The notes beneath the pieces were generated by a model. That model had not been told where the DNA came from, did not search any database, and was given only the letters and a program-made list of their open reading frames with translations. The translations under genes were made by a program, and so were the position numbers. DNA of 64,000 nt from Bacilli bacterium (GTDB lineage: Bacteria; Bacillota_I; Bacilli_A; RF39; UBA660), in assembly GCA_017511375.1 (NCBI GenBank), contig JAFWKJ010000011.1:4023-68022 (forward strand). The letters are read 5' to 3'. Below, piece after piece: positions 34,610-43,624 of the stretch (positions within the stretch are counted from its first letter, which is position 1; the number at the start of each line of letters is the position of its first letter).

Positions 34610-34635
34610 TAAAACAAAAAAGCACGTAAGTGCTT
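34610..34635 (-). terminator. greA intrinsic terminator (overlaps the stop codon)
   Basis: On the minus strand, AAGCAC-TTAC-GTGCTT is followed by TTTTTGTTTT. Confidence 0.6.
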
Positions 34636-35104
34636 ATTTTATATCAATTATTTCTACTTCGTAGTTTCCATTAGGACTTTCTACTGTAACAATATCTCCT
34701 ATTTTATGATCAAATAAAGCTTGCGCAATAGGACTTTCATTTGAAATTTTACTTTCAAATGGATCAGCTTCTTGGCTTCCCACAATCTTATACTCATCTT
34801 CTTCATCATCATCTACATATTTGATAGATACAGTATTTCCAATACTTACTTTATCTGTAGCAACTTCTGCAATAATAGAAACATTTTCTAGCATTTTTTC
34901 AAGTTGTTTAATTCTACCTTCAATTTGAGCCTGTTCATTTCTAGCAGCATCATATTCTGCATTCTCAGATAAATCTCCCAAAGCTCTTGCTTCTTTTATA
35001 GCTTGAATATTTTCAGGACGACGAATATTAATTAGGTCATCTAGTTCCTTTTTTAAATCATCTAATCCTTCTTGTGTTAAATAAACTGTATTTTTATTAA
35101 CCAT
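34634..35104 (-). CDS. greA: Transcription elongation factor GreA
   Basis: 156 aa. LTQEGLDDLKKELDDL...ALGDLSENAEYDAARNEQAQIEGRIKQLE is the canonical GreA coiled-coil with the acidic tip. Confidence 0.95.
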   Translation of the reverse strand: MVNKNTVYLTQEGLDDLKKELDDLINIRRPENIQAIKEARALGDLSENAEYDAARNEQAQIEGRIKQLEKMLENVSIIAEVATDKVSIGNTVSIKYVDDDEEDEYKIVGSQEADPFESKISNESPIAQALFDHKIGDIVTVESPNGNYEVEIIDIK

Positions 35105-35206
35105 TTAAATCACCTCATTTATAGTAAAAAAAAATTTAAATAGTGAATCACTAGACTCAACATGCCATAGTATATCACATCTAAAAATAAAAAACAATAT
35201 CCAAAT

Positions 35207-35854
35207 TTACTTAGTAGTTTCTTTATAAGTAAAATCAAAAGTTTTTTCTACTTCTATATTCGATACAATTTGTTGTAAATCACGAAGACTATACTTATCT
35301 GTAAATAAAATACAGAAAGGATCATCTTGTTTAAGAATCCACTTTGCCAATCTAGGATTTACACCAACCAAAGCATTTGGATAACTAAAGATATTTTGTA
35401 AATCTTCCAAATGTTCTTCACGATAACGAAGTTTATCTAATTCTTCAACATCCTGACGATTTTTACGTAACTTAGAATAAGCAGGAATAGTTCCTAAAAT
35501 AGCCACAACTCCAATTCCTGTATAAACTAAAGCAGGATGATTAGTTTGAACCATCTCATGAATTGTAGGAATAAAAGTAGCCCCTACTCCTGCGGCAGCA
35601 ATTCCTAAACCAGAAACAGCTGTTTTAAAAGCAGAAGAACGCTCTCTATTTTTAAACTTTCTATAACTTTCAATTCCCTTTTTTGCTTGTTCCTCTTGCG
35701 CTGCAATAATCTTTTCTAAATTTTCATCGCAAGCCTCTATATGTTGAAAAACTTTTCCATCTGCAAATTCAACAATTAATGTTCCATCAGAACTAGCACA
35801 CACATTCGTGATGAACTGTTCTGCATTCTCATCATTTAAACTGTAGTTTTTCAT
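35207..35854 (-). CDS. Hypothetical membrane protein (215 aa)
   Basis: Start moved to the ATG at 35854 (GGGGGGA RBS). Two central TM segments. Confidence 0.5.
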   Translation of the reverse strand: MKNYSLNDENAEQFITNVCASSDGTLIVEFADGKVFQHIEACDENLEKIIAAQEEQAKKGIESYRKFKNRERSSAFKTAVSGLGIAAAGVGATFIPTIHEMVQTNHPALVYTGIGVVAILGTIPAYSKLRKNRQDVEELDKLRYREEHLEDLQNIFSYPNALVGVNPRLAKWILKQDDPFCILFTDKYSLRDLQQIVSNIEVEKTFDFTYKETTK

Positions 35855-35913
35855 ACAATCCCCCCACTCAAATAGTGCAATCATTATATCACAAAGAACA
35901 GAAAAATGCAATA

Positions 35914-37038
35914 TTATAAACTAATTTCACGCAAAAACATTTCATCCGTCATTCCCGCAATAAAATCAATCACAATTCTCTGAGGAGAAGTAGATTCTAG
36001 ATAGGAAGAATCTTGTTCTTCAATAAAACGATATATAACGCTTTCATGGTTTTCTTGATTAATATCTTCTAAATATCGTTTATATATTTTATTCATTCCT
36101 TTCTTATAATGATCCTTTTCTTTTTCTGTCATACTATATCGATAAATATGTTCATAATTAAACTCTTTTAAATCAAATAAAGCTTGATAAACATCTTCAC
36201 TCAATTTGATATAAGGTTTCCCCATACTATGATTAATAATATCCAAAATAATCGTATTGATAATATCCTTATTCGTACAACCTAAAACACTTACGATATT
36301 TTTAGGAATTTCTTCTCTCTTAATCTTCCCAATCATAATCGCATCTTCAATATCTCTTCCAATATATCCAATCACATCACTAATACGTACAACACATCCC
36401 TCTAATGTCATAGGACGATTTTGATTAGCCTTTTTTAAATCTTTATAAGCCATTTCATATTCCAACACCACTTCATGAACATCTTTCTTTTGAGGTTCAT
36501 AAATTGGCCGTAATATTTCCCCGTTATGGCACATAATACCATCCAAAACTTGAATACAAAGATTAAGTCCTTTTCCATTTTTTTCTACAAAGTTCAAATG
36601 ACGTACACTTTGTATATTATGCGCAAAATACTCATTTAATTCCTGTAAAGATATTTCATTAAGTAAAGATTCTCCCATATGTCCTAAAGGAGTATGGCCA
36701 ATATCATGACCCAAAGCAATCGCCTCAATTAAATCTTCATTTAAATTAAGCCCTCTACCAATCGTTCTCGCGATTTTGCTAACCATTTGTACATGCGTAA
36801 TTCTCTTACTGACATGATCGTTTTGATTATGAGTAAAAACCTGTGTTTTATCCATATAACGTGTATAACTTAAAGAATGAATAATGCGATCAATATCCCT
36901 AAAAAAAGGCGTACGAATATCTTCTTTTTCATCCTCTTCTTTTAAACGAACTGCTTCACTACTTTTGGTTGCATATTCACTCAAAAACATTTCTTTTTTT
37001 AAAAAGTTTTCTTTCGCTATTTTCTCATTTTTAGTCAT
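35914..37038 (-). CDS. dGTPase-like HD-domain triphosphohydrolase
   Basis: RTPFFRDIDRIIHSLSYTRYMDKTQVF, HVQMVS...ALGHDIGHTPLGH and GMTDEMF are typical of the Dgt family. Confidence 0.8.
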   Translation of the reverse strand: MTKNEKIAKENFLKKEMFLSEYATKSSEAVRLKEEDEKEDIRTPFFRDIDRIIHSLSYTRYMDKTQVFTHNQNDHVSKRITHVQMVSKIARTIGRGLNLNEDLIEAIALGHDIGHTPLGHMGESLLNEISLQELNEYFAHNIQSVRHLNFVEKNGKGLNLCIQVLDGIMCHNGEILRPIYEPQKKDVHEVVLEYEMAYKDLKKANQNRPMTLEGCVVRISDVIGYIGRDIEDAIMIGKIKREEIPKNIVSVLGCTNKDIINTIILDIINHSMGKPYIKLSEDVYQALFDLKEFNYEHIYRYSMTEKEKDHYKKGMNKIYKRYLEDINQENHESVIYRFIEEQDSSYLESTSPQRIVIDFIAGMTDEMFLREISL

Positions 37039-37047
37039 AACTACCTC

Positions 37048-38238
37048 CTACTTTTTTCTACGAACAATTTTTATCATAGAATACTCTGGGACTTCTATTA
37101 GAAGTTTCTGCTTAATAAAATAGATTTCATCTGGGTGTCTAGCAACATCCATTTTTTCCTTATTTTTATCAAACAATTCTTCTACTACAAATTCTATATG
37201 ATCTCCGTTAGGAGTAAATAATTCTACGGTGTCTCCCTCTTCAAAATAATTTCTTTCATAAAACTGAAGAAGATTCTTTTCATTATCATAAGAAATCACT
37301 TGTCCTAAATAATCTTGATTAGAAACTTCACTTCTTCCCCCATAATATTGATCATTATAATTTTCATCTCTCATAAAGAAATGCGTAGAAGTTTCTCTAT
37401 TAGCAACTCGATCTAAGCGTTCTTCATATACTTTCATTTTTTCTTCTGTCAAAGTATGAGAATAAATATCATCTATTATATTTCGATAAGTTCCTATAAC
37501 AACCGCTAAATAATAAAGAGATCTCATTCTTCCTTCTACTTTTAAACTACATACTCCTATATCAATTAGATCCTCAATGTATCTTGCCATATTCATATCT
37601 TTTGTCGCAAAAGTAAATTCTTTTTTATCTTCATTCTCAAAAGAGAATCGACATACTTGAGCACAACCTCCACGATTCGCATCCCGATTTGTAACATAAT
37701 TGGATAAAGCACACCTTCCACTAAAACACGTACACATAGCCCCGTGAATAAACACTTCAATATCACAAGAAATATTCTTTATGATTTCTTCAATTTGTTT
37801 TTTAGAAAGTTCACGAGCTAAGACAACTCTATCTACTCCTTCTTCCTCAAAGAAATGAATGGCCTCATAATTACTCGTAGAGTTTTGTGTAGACAAATGC
37901 ACTTCTACCTGTGGATAGTTTTTCTTAATATGCGAAATAATAAAAGGATCACTTACAATAAAAGCATCAATTCCAGCTTCTACGACTTGTTGGATATATT
38001 CTTCTACTCCATCCATATCTTCATTGTGGAAAACAATGTTTAGTGTTAAATAAACTTTTTTCCCCAATTGATGTGCAAAACGACACCCTTCACGAATTTC
38101 CTCAACACTAAAATTCTTAGCATTCGCTCTCAAACTATAATGTTGTCCACCAATATAGACAGCATCAGCTCCATAAAGCAAGGTCACCTTCAAACGTTCT
38201 AAATCTCCAGCAGGAGATAACAATTCTATCTTTTTCAT
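37048..38238 (-). CDS. Peptidase U32-family protein (YrrO/TrhP-like)
   Basis: KIELLSPAGDLERLKVTLLYGADAVYIGG, EVFIHGAMC and NRDANRGGCAQVCR are U32 signatures. Synteny with yrrM and yrrN. Confidence 0.85.
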   Translation of the reverse strand: MKKIELLSPAGDLERLKVTLLYGADAVYIGGQHYSLRANAKNFSVEEIREGCRFAHQLGKKVYLTLNIVFHNEDMDGVEEYIQQVVEAGIDAFIVSDPFIISHIKKNYPQVEVHLSTQNSTSNYEAIHFFEEEGVDRVVLARELSKKQIEEIIKNISCDIEVFIHGAMCTCFSGRCALSNYVTNRDANRGGCAQVCRFSFENEDKKEFTFATKDMNMARYIEDLIDIGVCSLKVEGRMRSLYYLAVVIGTYRNIIDDIYSHTLTEEKMKVYEERLDRVANRETSTHFFMRDENYNDQYYGGRSEVSNQDYLGQVISYDNEKNLLQFYERNYFEEGDTVELFTPNGDHIEFVVEELFDKNKEKMDVARHPDEIYFIKQKLLIEVPEYSMIKIVRRKK

Positions 38239-39081
38239 TTACTTCACCTTATAAATAGTTTTCTTAAAAAAGAAATTAGTACTATCCCCTAACTTTTTAT
38301 ATTTAGAAATATAAGAAGAATCTTTACATCCGTTTTTTATATAATCCATGGTATCTTCAACCAACTCATAAAAATCATCCACACCATACTCTCTCATAAT
38401 AATAGCAGGACAACCCACCTCATATAGATCTTGAATAATAGAAGTACCATTCATCACGGTATTTAGATAAAAACAAGTTCCATATTCATCTTCTTTTACA
38501 TCATAAATATCTCCAGAAACTTTCTCTTTCACAATTAGTTCTTTTTCACCCTTTTCACCTAAATCACTATAATAATTAGAAATTAATTTACGCTTACTAA
38601 ACGCAACAGAGGGTCTAGATACCACTTCTACCATACAAGACATCTTACTCTTTGTAATAATTTCTTTGATTTCATCCAAAGTTATTTCTTTTCCAAGCAA
38701 TGCATAAGAAACATCCTTTTCATGATAATAATCACAGGTACGAACATTGTTGACCATATGTGTTTGATTCCATATAAGCGGAAGAGACAGATGAAGATTT
38801 CTTTTTATTTGTAGGACAGCTAAATCATAAAAGAAAACTCCGTCCACCTTTAAAGCATCCAACTCTGTTAATACAAACTTTAATCCATCTAAATCTTCAT
38901 TAAAAAAATTACGATTTACTTTCACAAAAACTTCCCCAGAAAAACTTTTTTGGATTTCTTTTATTTCTTCCAAGGTATACATACAAATCGATTCAACCGC
39001 ATAACCCTCTAAAGGTAAAATGATTCCATCACAAGATGGAATCTCTTCCTGTTTATGACTCATTTCTACAAAGCACTTCAT
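38239..39081 (-). CDS. Peptidase U32-family protein (YrrN-like partner)
   Basis: Adjacent to and contiguous with the yrrO-like gene. Start set to the ATG at 39081 (GAGGTG RBS). Confidence 0.65.
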   Translation of the reverse strand: MKCFVEMSHKQEEIPSCDGIILPLEGYAVESICMYTLEEIKEIQKSFSGEVFVKVNRNFFNEDLDGLKFVLTELDALKVDGVFFYDLAVLQIKRNLHLSLPLIWNQTHMVNNVRTCDYYHEKDVSYALLGKEITLDEIKEIITKSKMSCMVEVVSRPSVAFSKRKLISNYYSDLGEKGEKELIVKEKVSGDIYDVKEDEYGTCFYLNTVMNGTSIIQDLYEVGCPAIIMREYGVDDFYELVEDTMDYIKNGCKDSSYISKYKKLGDSTNFFFKKTIYKVK

Positions 39082-39116
39082 CCTATGCACCTCGCAAATA
39101 TTATATATTAAAAACA

Positions 39117-39143
39117 TAAAAAAAGAAAGAATTGATTCTTTCT
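39117..39143 (-). terminator. Hairpin plus T-run after the O-methyltransferase gene
   Basis: On the minus strand, AGAAAGAA-TCAA-TTCTTTCT is followed by T5-7. Confidence 0.4.
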
Positions 39144-39147
39144 TGTT

Positions 39148-39738
39148 TTAGATTTTTTCACTGACCGCAAGTCCATCTCCTACATCTAAAAATTCCGTAT
39201 GATATTTGGTATTATGTTCTAAAAAAACTTTATAGTCTTTTACCTTGCGAACTAACTGTCTTAAGTTTCTACTCTCAATTTTTTCTTCCTCTTCAAACAC
39301 TAATCCATGAAAATTCATATTATCGGTAATAATCGTTCCTTTTTCGTTTAAATTGTATTCATATTTTTCAAAAAATCTCATATTTTGCGCTTTCGCTGCA
39401 TCAATGAAAACCAAATCAAAAGTATCATCTAAATAAACTTCTAAAGCATCTCCAAAGATAAGTTCAATTCGTTGATCTAAACCCGCTTTTTTTACATTAT
39501 TGACTGCTTCTAAATAACGAGCATCATCTCTTTCAATGGTTGTTACAGTAATATCGGGAGAAACATTACACATACAAATGGCAGAATAACCAATAGCCGT
39601 ACCAATTTCTAAAATGCGCTTAATAGAATGTCTTCTAATATAGTCCTCTAAAAAATGAAGCCCCTCATCGGTAATAATTGGTACTTTATGTTCTATGGCA
39701 TATTCTCTCATTTGCTGTATGGTAGTATCATTTTCCAT
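39148..39738 (-). CDS. trmR: SAM-dependent O-methyltransferase (YrrM/TrmR-like)
   Basis: ILEIGTAIGYS (SAM motif I) and VFIDAAK. Lies between mltG and the U32 pair, as in Bacillus yrrL-yrrM-yrrN-yrrO. Start at the ATG at 39738 (AGGAAGGA RBS). Confidence 0.75.
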   Translation of the reverse strand: MENDTTIQQMREYAIEHKVPIITDEGLHFLEDYIRRHSIKRILEIGTAIGYSAICMCNVSPDITVTTIERDDARYLEAVNNVKKAGLDQRIELIFGDALEVYLDDTFDLVFIDAAKAQNMRFFEKYEYNLNEKGTIITDNMNFHGLVFEEEEKIESRNLRQLVRKVKDYKVFLEHNTKYHTEFLDVGDGLAVSEKI

Positions 39739-39748
39739 ATTATCCTTC

Positions 39749-40828
39749 CTAACTAAAAATCCAATCTCCATTTGCTTTTAAGTCTGCCACTTTTTTGTCA
39801 TGTTCTTGATTTGTTTTTGTATAGAAAATATTTCCATATTTATCTGCTACAAAGAAATAATAATCACTCTTAGTAGGATGGGTAGCAGCTTCCACACTTG
39901 ACATTTCTGGATTACAAATAGGACCTATTGGCATTTTACTAATCATATTAGCTCCTCGTGTATTATAAGGACTAACCGTTGCTAAATCATCTGCTGTTAA
40001 ATCTTCTTTCATACTTTTTTGTAGAGCATAATAAGTCGTTACATCACTACCCATATTCATACCAGAATCCATTCTATTTTGAAAAATGCCCGCAATCATA
40101 CTTCTATTTTCCGTATTATTTCCCTCTAGTTGTACAACAGAAGCCATCGTCATGTAATAATGTGGATCATCTTTCATAATATCTTTATAATCCTCTAAAT
40201 TCTTTTCTGTTTGATCAAGTAATCTTTGTACAACGTCTTCTACCGTAGCATCTTGTTCAAAATAATAAGTTTCTGGAGCCAAATAACCTTCTAAAGGATA
40301 ATAGATTCCCTCTTGTAAAATGGCATCTGTCAAGAACCAATAATTAGGAATAAGACTACTTAGATATTCTTTATCATTCATCTTTGCAACAACATCATCA
40401 TAAGAAACACCCAGTTTTTCGGAAATTATTTTTGCGTAACTTGGAATTCTTTCCCCATCTCTAAATGTGATTTTAATCGCCCCATCATTACTAATAACAC
40501 CTTTTTCTAACGCCTCAATAATTTCCTGTAAACTCATACTTTTACTAAATTTATAAGTAGAAGCCTTTAAAGACCCAACATGATCCATTTTTAGATGTAA
40601 CTTGAATAGTAATGTACTTTTTATCAAATGTTTTTCTTTTAAGATTTCCCCAATTTGTGTAGAATTGGTACCACTTTCTATTTTTACTTCTATTTCCTTT
40701 TTATCCTTCTTATCCACAGGGCTTTCTAAATATTGCCATGTTCCAGCAACCCCAAAACAAATAAGCGCACAAAAAAGAAAAAGAAATAAAAATGGTTTTA
40801 CTTTAGGTTTTAACTTCTTTTTTGCCAT
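39749..40828 (-). CDS. mltG: Endolytic murein transglycosylase MltG (YceG-like)
   Basis: N-terminal TM. EGYLAPETYYF, ASVVQLEG and SPYNTR are YceG motifs. Confidence 0.9.
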   Translation of the reverse strand: MAKKKLKPKVKPFLFLFLFCALICFGVAGTWQYLESPVDKKDKKEIEVKIESGTNSTQIGEILKEKHLIKSTLLFKLHLKMDHVGSLKASTYKFSKSMSLQEIIEALEKGVISNDGAIKITFRDGERIPSYAKIISEKLGVSYDDVVAKMNDKEYLSSLIPNYWFLTDAILQEGIYYPLEGYLAPETYYFEQDATVEDVVQRLLDQTEKNLEDYKDIMKDDPHYYMTMASVVQLEGNNTENRSMIAGIFQNRMDSGMNMGSDVTTYYALQKSMKEDLTADDLATVSPYNTRGANMISKMPIGPICNPEMSSVEAATHPTKSDYYFFVADKYGNIFYTKTNQEHDKKVADLKANGDWIFS

Positions 40829-40849
40829 ACTTCCTCCAAAAAATAAGAG

Positions 40850-41146
40850 CTACTGCTCATTATTTTCATCATTTTCTTTCTTCTTACGAACTTCTTCTTG
40901 TAAAGTATCTAAAATTGTTTCAATTACTTTCCATTCTTTTTCTGTTTTGATAGCCTCTAATTTACTATGAGGATCATCAGGATCATAGATAGAAGCATAA
41001 ACCTCTATATTTCCTATTTCATCTCTAGAATTGTCTGTATAAACGATATAATTCTTATTTGTTTCTTCACTCTCAAATGTAAATAAAACATCATATATGA
41101 CTTCATTTCCATTTTCATCAATCATACTAAAAGTATTCTTTTTCAT
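40850..41146 (-). CDS. DUF1292-family protein (YrzB-like)
   Basis: 98 aa, acidic. DENGNEVIYDVLFTFESEETNKNYIVYTD is typical, and it sits between ruvX and mltG. Confidence 0.75.
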   Translation of the reverse strand: MKKNTFSMIDENGNEVIYDVLFTFESEETNKNYIVYTDNSRDEIGNIEVYASIYDPDDPHSKLEAIKTEKEWKVIETILDTLQEEVRKKKENDENNEQ

Positions 41147-41562
41147 TATTTTTCTCTCCTATCTAGATAGCTTTGTAATATTATAGTCGCCGCAACCGAA
41201 TCAATTACTTCTTTTCGTTTTTTACGCGAAACATTCCCTGAAATAAGCATATCCGTAGCGCTCTTTGTCGTTAGTCTTTCATCCTGTAAAATAATAGGAA
41301 TAGAAAGCACTTCTTCTAACTTTTGCTTAAAATCTATACTTAGTTCTCCTTTTAAACCAATAGACCCATTCATGTTTTTAGGAAACCCCAAAACAATTCC
41401 ATCTATTTCATATTCACGAACTAAATCACAAACCTCTCGTACCAACAATTCATAATCTTCATGATGACGAATGATTTTTACACTGTTTGCAATCGTCCCT
41501 GTTTTATCACTCACCGCCACACCTAGTGTACGGCTACCCAAATCTAATCCTAAGTATCTCAT
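41146..41562 (-). CDS. ruvX: Putative pre-16S rRNA nuclease / Holliday junction resolvase-like RuvX (YqgF)
   Basis: MRYLGLDLGSRTLGVAVSD, GFPKNMNGS and DERLTT motifs. Confidence 0.9.
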   Translation of the reverse strand: MRYLGLDLGSRTLGVAVSDKTGTIANSVKIIRHHEDYELLVREVCDLVREYEIDGIVLGFPKNMNGSIGLKGELSIDFKQKLEEVLSIPIILQDERLTTKSATDMLISGNVSRKKRKEVIDSVAATIILQSYLDRREK

Positions 41563-41813
41563 TTATTATTCTTTTGAAATTCTAATAATAAAATTTCAAC
41601 TATCTTAGCGCGATCAATCTCTTGAATTTTACTTCTAGCTTCTTTGTAACTAGAAATATATCCAGGATCACCACTAATCAAGTATCCAACAATTTGATTG
41701 GTTGGATTATATCCTCTCTCCTCCAAAGATGCATAAACTTCTTTTAAGGTTTTTGCAATATTCTTTGTATCAATTTCTTGAATATCAAACAAACTGGTCT
41801 GTTCTTGTGGCAT
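41559..41813 (-). CDS. IreB-family regulatory phosphoprotein (UPF0297, YrzL-like)
   Basis: 84 aa. YASLEERGYNPTNQIVGYLISGDPGYISS is the family signature. Confidence 0.85.
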   Translation of the reverse strand: MPQEQTSLFDIQEIDTKNIAKTLKEVYASLEERGYNPTNQIVGYLISGDPGYISSYKEARSKIQEIDRAKIVEILLLEFQKNNK

Positions 41814-41887
41814 AATATCACCTCACTATAATATCATAATTTTATTTTACCATTTTCAATTAGTAAATACAAGAAATTAACTAGGAA

Positions 41888-41913
41888 AGAAAAAAACCAC
41901 ATAATTGTGGTTT
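41888..41913 (-). terminator. Intrinsic terminator after the rhomboid gene
   Basis: On the minus strand, AAACCACA-ATTA-TGTGGTTT is followed by TTTTTCTTT. Confidence 0.65.
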
Positions 41914-41916
41914 TAA

Positions 41917-43071
41917 TTATCTTCCAGCTAATACTAATCCCATATACCCTAAAAAAGCCAAAAATACACAGGCAATAACCCAACCATTCACTTTTTCAAA
42001 GGTAGAGGACTTATCTTTAATTCCTAATGCCATCGTAATAATAATTCCACCCACTAATCCTCCAATATGAGCAAAATTATCAACGCCTGTCGCAAAGAAA
42101 CCAAAGGCTAAGTTTAAAACAATTAGTGGCAAGATTTGACTTTTTACTACATTTCCTAAGTAAACTCTATAATAATATCCAAAATATAATAAAGCCCCCA
42201 TCAATCCAAAGATAGCTCCACTTGCTCCTACAGATACTCCATTTTTCAAGAATGTAATAGAAAGAAGAGAACCTGTTAAACCAGAGAAAAGATAAATAAT
42301 CGCATACTTATATCTTCCTATATAACTTTCTATTTGAGAACCAATTACATATAAAGAATAACAGTTAACACATAAATGAATTAAATCTGCATGCATCACA
42401 ATTCCCGTAAGTAAACGATAATATTGTCCTGCACGAATACTAGGTCCATGTACACATAACAAATTAACCACATAATTATATTGACCCAATAACTTAGGTA
42501 CAAAGAAGAAAATACAATTTAACGCAATTAAGAAATAAGTAATATAAGGAACTTTATTCTTAAATACTTTTTCTAATCTTCTCGCATCATCTTTATTATG
42601 TTTATTAATATCGCCTGTTATTTTCATAAATAATTCAACACCCTTTTCATCATATTTTAATTTATCAGATAAATCAGGAAAAACATTTTGAATTAATTTA
42701 TTCTTCTTAAGATCTTTCTCTTCTTTAACATTAATACACATTAAATTAGGATCTGCATTAATATCTTCCTGTATATTATCACCCATAGATAAAAAAATAC
42801 TCATAACATTGATTTTAAATGAAAAGGTCTTTTTCTTAATCTTTTTTAAGATTCTCTTCGTTTTAAATACATCAAAATCAAACTGTTCATCATTATGAAT
42901 ATAATTAGAAACAATACGAATCACTTTACAATCCTCATCTAAATTCTCAAGCCAAATCTCATTATCCACACCCTGTAAAATAATAGGATTATAATTCTTT
43001 TCAGTAATGAAATAATGAAGCAACTTCATTGTAATAACATTTTTTTCATCCAGCATAATTTGTTCTTCCAT
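41917..43071 (-). CDS. Rhomboid-family intramembrane serine protease with a cytoplasmic N-terminal domain (YqgP/GluP-like)
   Basis: GASGAIFGLMGALL (catalytic Ser) and HIGGLVGGIII (catalytic His). Cytoplasmic N-terminal domain of about 170 aa. Confidence 0.8.
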   Translation of the reverse strand: MEEQIMLDEKNVITMKLLHYFITEKNYNPIILQGVDNEIWLENLDEDCKVIRIVSNYIHNDEQFDFDVFKTKRILKKIKKKTFSFKINVMSIFLSMGDNIQEDINADPNLMCINVKEEKDLKKNKLIQNVFPDLSDKLKYDEKGVELFMKITGDINKHNKDDARRLEKVFKNKVPYITYFLIALNCIFFFVPKLLGQYNYVVNLLCVHGPSIRAGQYYRLLTGIVMHADLIHLCVNCYSLYVIGSQIESYIGRYKYAIIYLFSGLTGSLLSITFLKNGVSVGASGAIFGLMGALLYFGYYYRVYLGNVVKSQILPLIVLNLAFGFFATGVDNFAHIGGLVGGIIITMALGIKDKSSTFEKVNGWVIACVFLAFLGYMGLVLAGR

Positions 43072-43137
43072 AAATTTCCTCCTAAAAGACTAATAATATT
43101 ATAATATAAAACATAAAATAAGAAAAGAGGTGATAAA

Positions 43138-43596
43138 ATGATAAAAAAATTGTTTACATATTTATTATGTCTCCTACCCTGGTTTTTAACCAGTTTATTA
43201 AAGATAGATTATAATTACTTAAATAAAATAAAAACCCCTTCCTTTACACCACCCAATTATTTCTATGCCATTAGTTGGACAATTATTTATATTCTAGTAG
43301 CATATACAGTCTATCATATTGTAAATTCTTATTCTTTAAAACAAATACCCAACTCTTACAAAAGAACTCTTCTAATAAATTATGTACTAAACCAAAGTTT
43401 TACAATCATCTTTTTTATCTTTAAAAACAATTTTCTAGGATTCGTAGTATGTTTATTAACTCTTATATCTACTCTTTTCTTATATGAGGAAACCTCTCTT
43501 TTAAAAAACAAGATGAAGTATTATTTGATTCCTTATATTGCACTCTCTATTTTTGCAACAATTCTTTCTTTATCCATCTATTTATTAAACATATAA
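43138..43596 (+). CDS. tspO: TspO/MBR-family tryptophan-rich sensory protein
   Basis: 152 aa, five TMs. KTPSFTPPNYFYAISWTIIYILVAY is the typical TspO N-terminal motif. Confidence 0.7.
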   Translation: MIKKLFTYLLCLLPWFLTSLLKIDYNYLNKIKTPSFTPPNYFYAISWTIIYILVAYTVYHIVNSYSLKQIPNSYKRTLLINYVLNQSFTIIFFIFKNNFLGFVVCLLTLISTLFLYEETSLLKNKMKYYLIPYIALSIFATILSLSIYLLNI

Positions 43597-43624
43597 AAAA
43601 AGAACTAAACATAGTTCTTTTTTA
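43595..43624. terminator. Bidirectional terminator between the convergent tspO and histidine kinase genes
   Basis: AAAAAAAGAACTA-AACA-TAGTTCTTTTTT: a stem with A and T runs on both sides. Confidence 0.6.

Noticed and set aside
6997-34633. Possible att-like direct repeats at the array borders (shared ATGATAGA 8-mer at about 7034 and 34585)
   Set aside because: Both copies are simply parts of unrelated terminator stems. Eight AT-rich bases are expected by chance, and no longer repeat is visible by eye.
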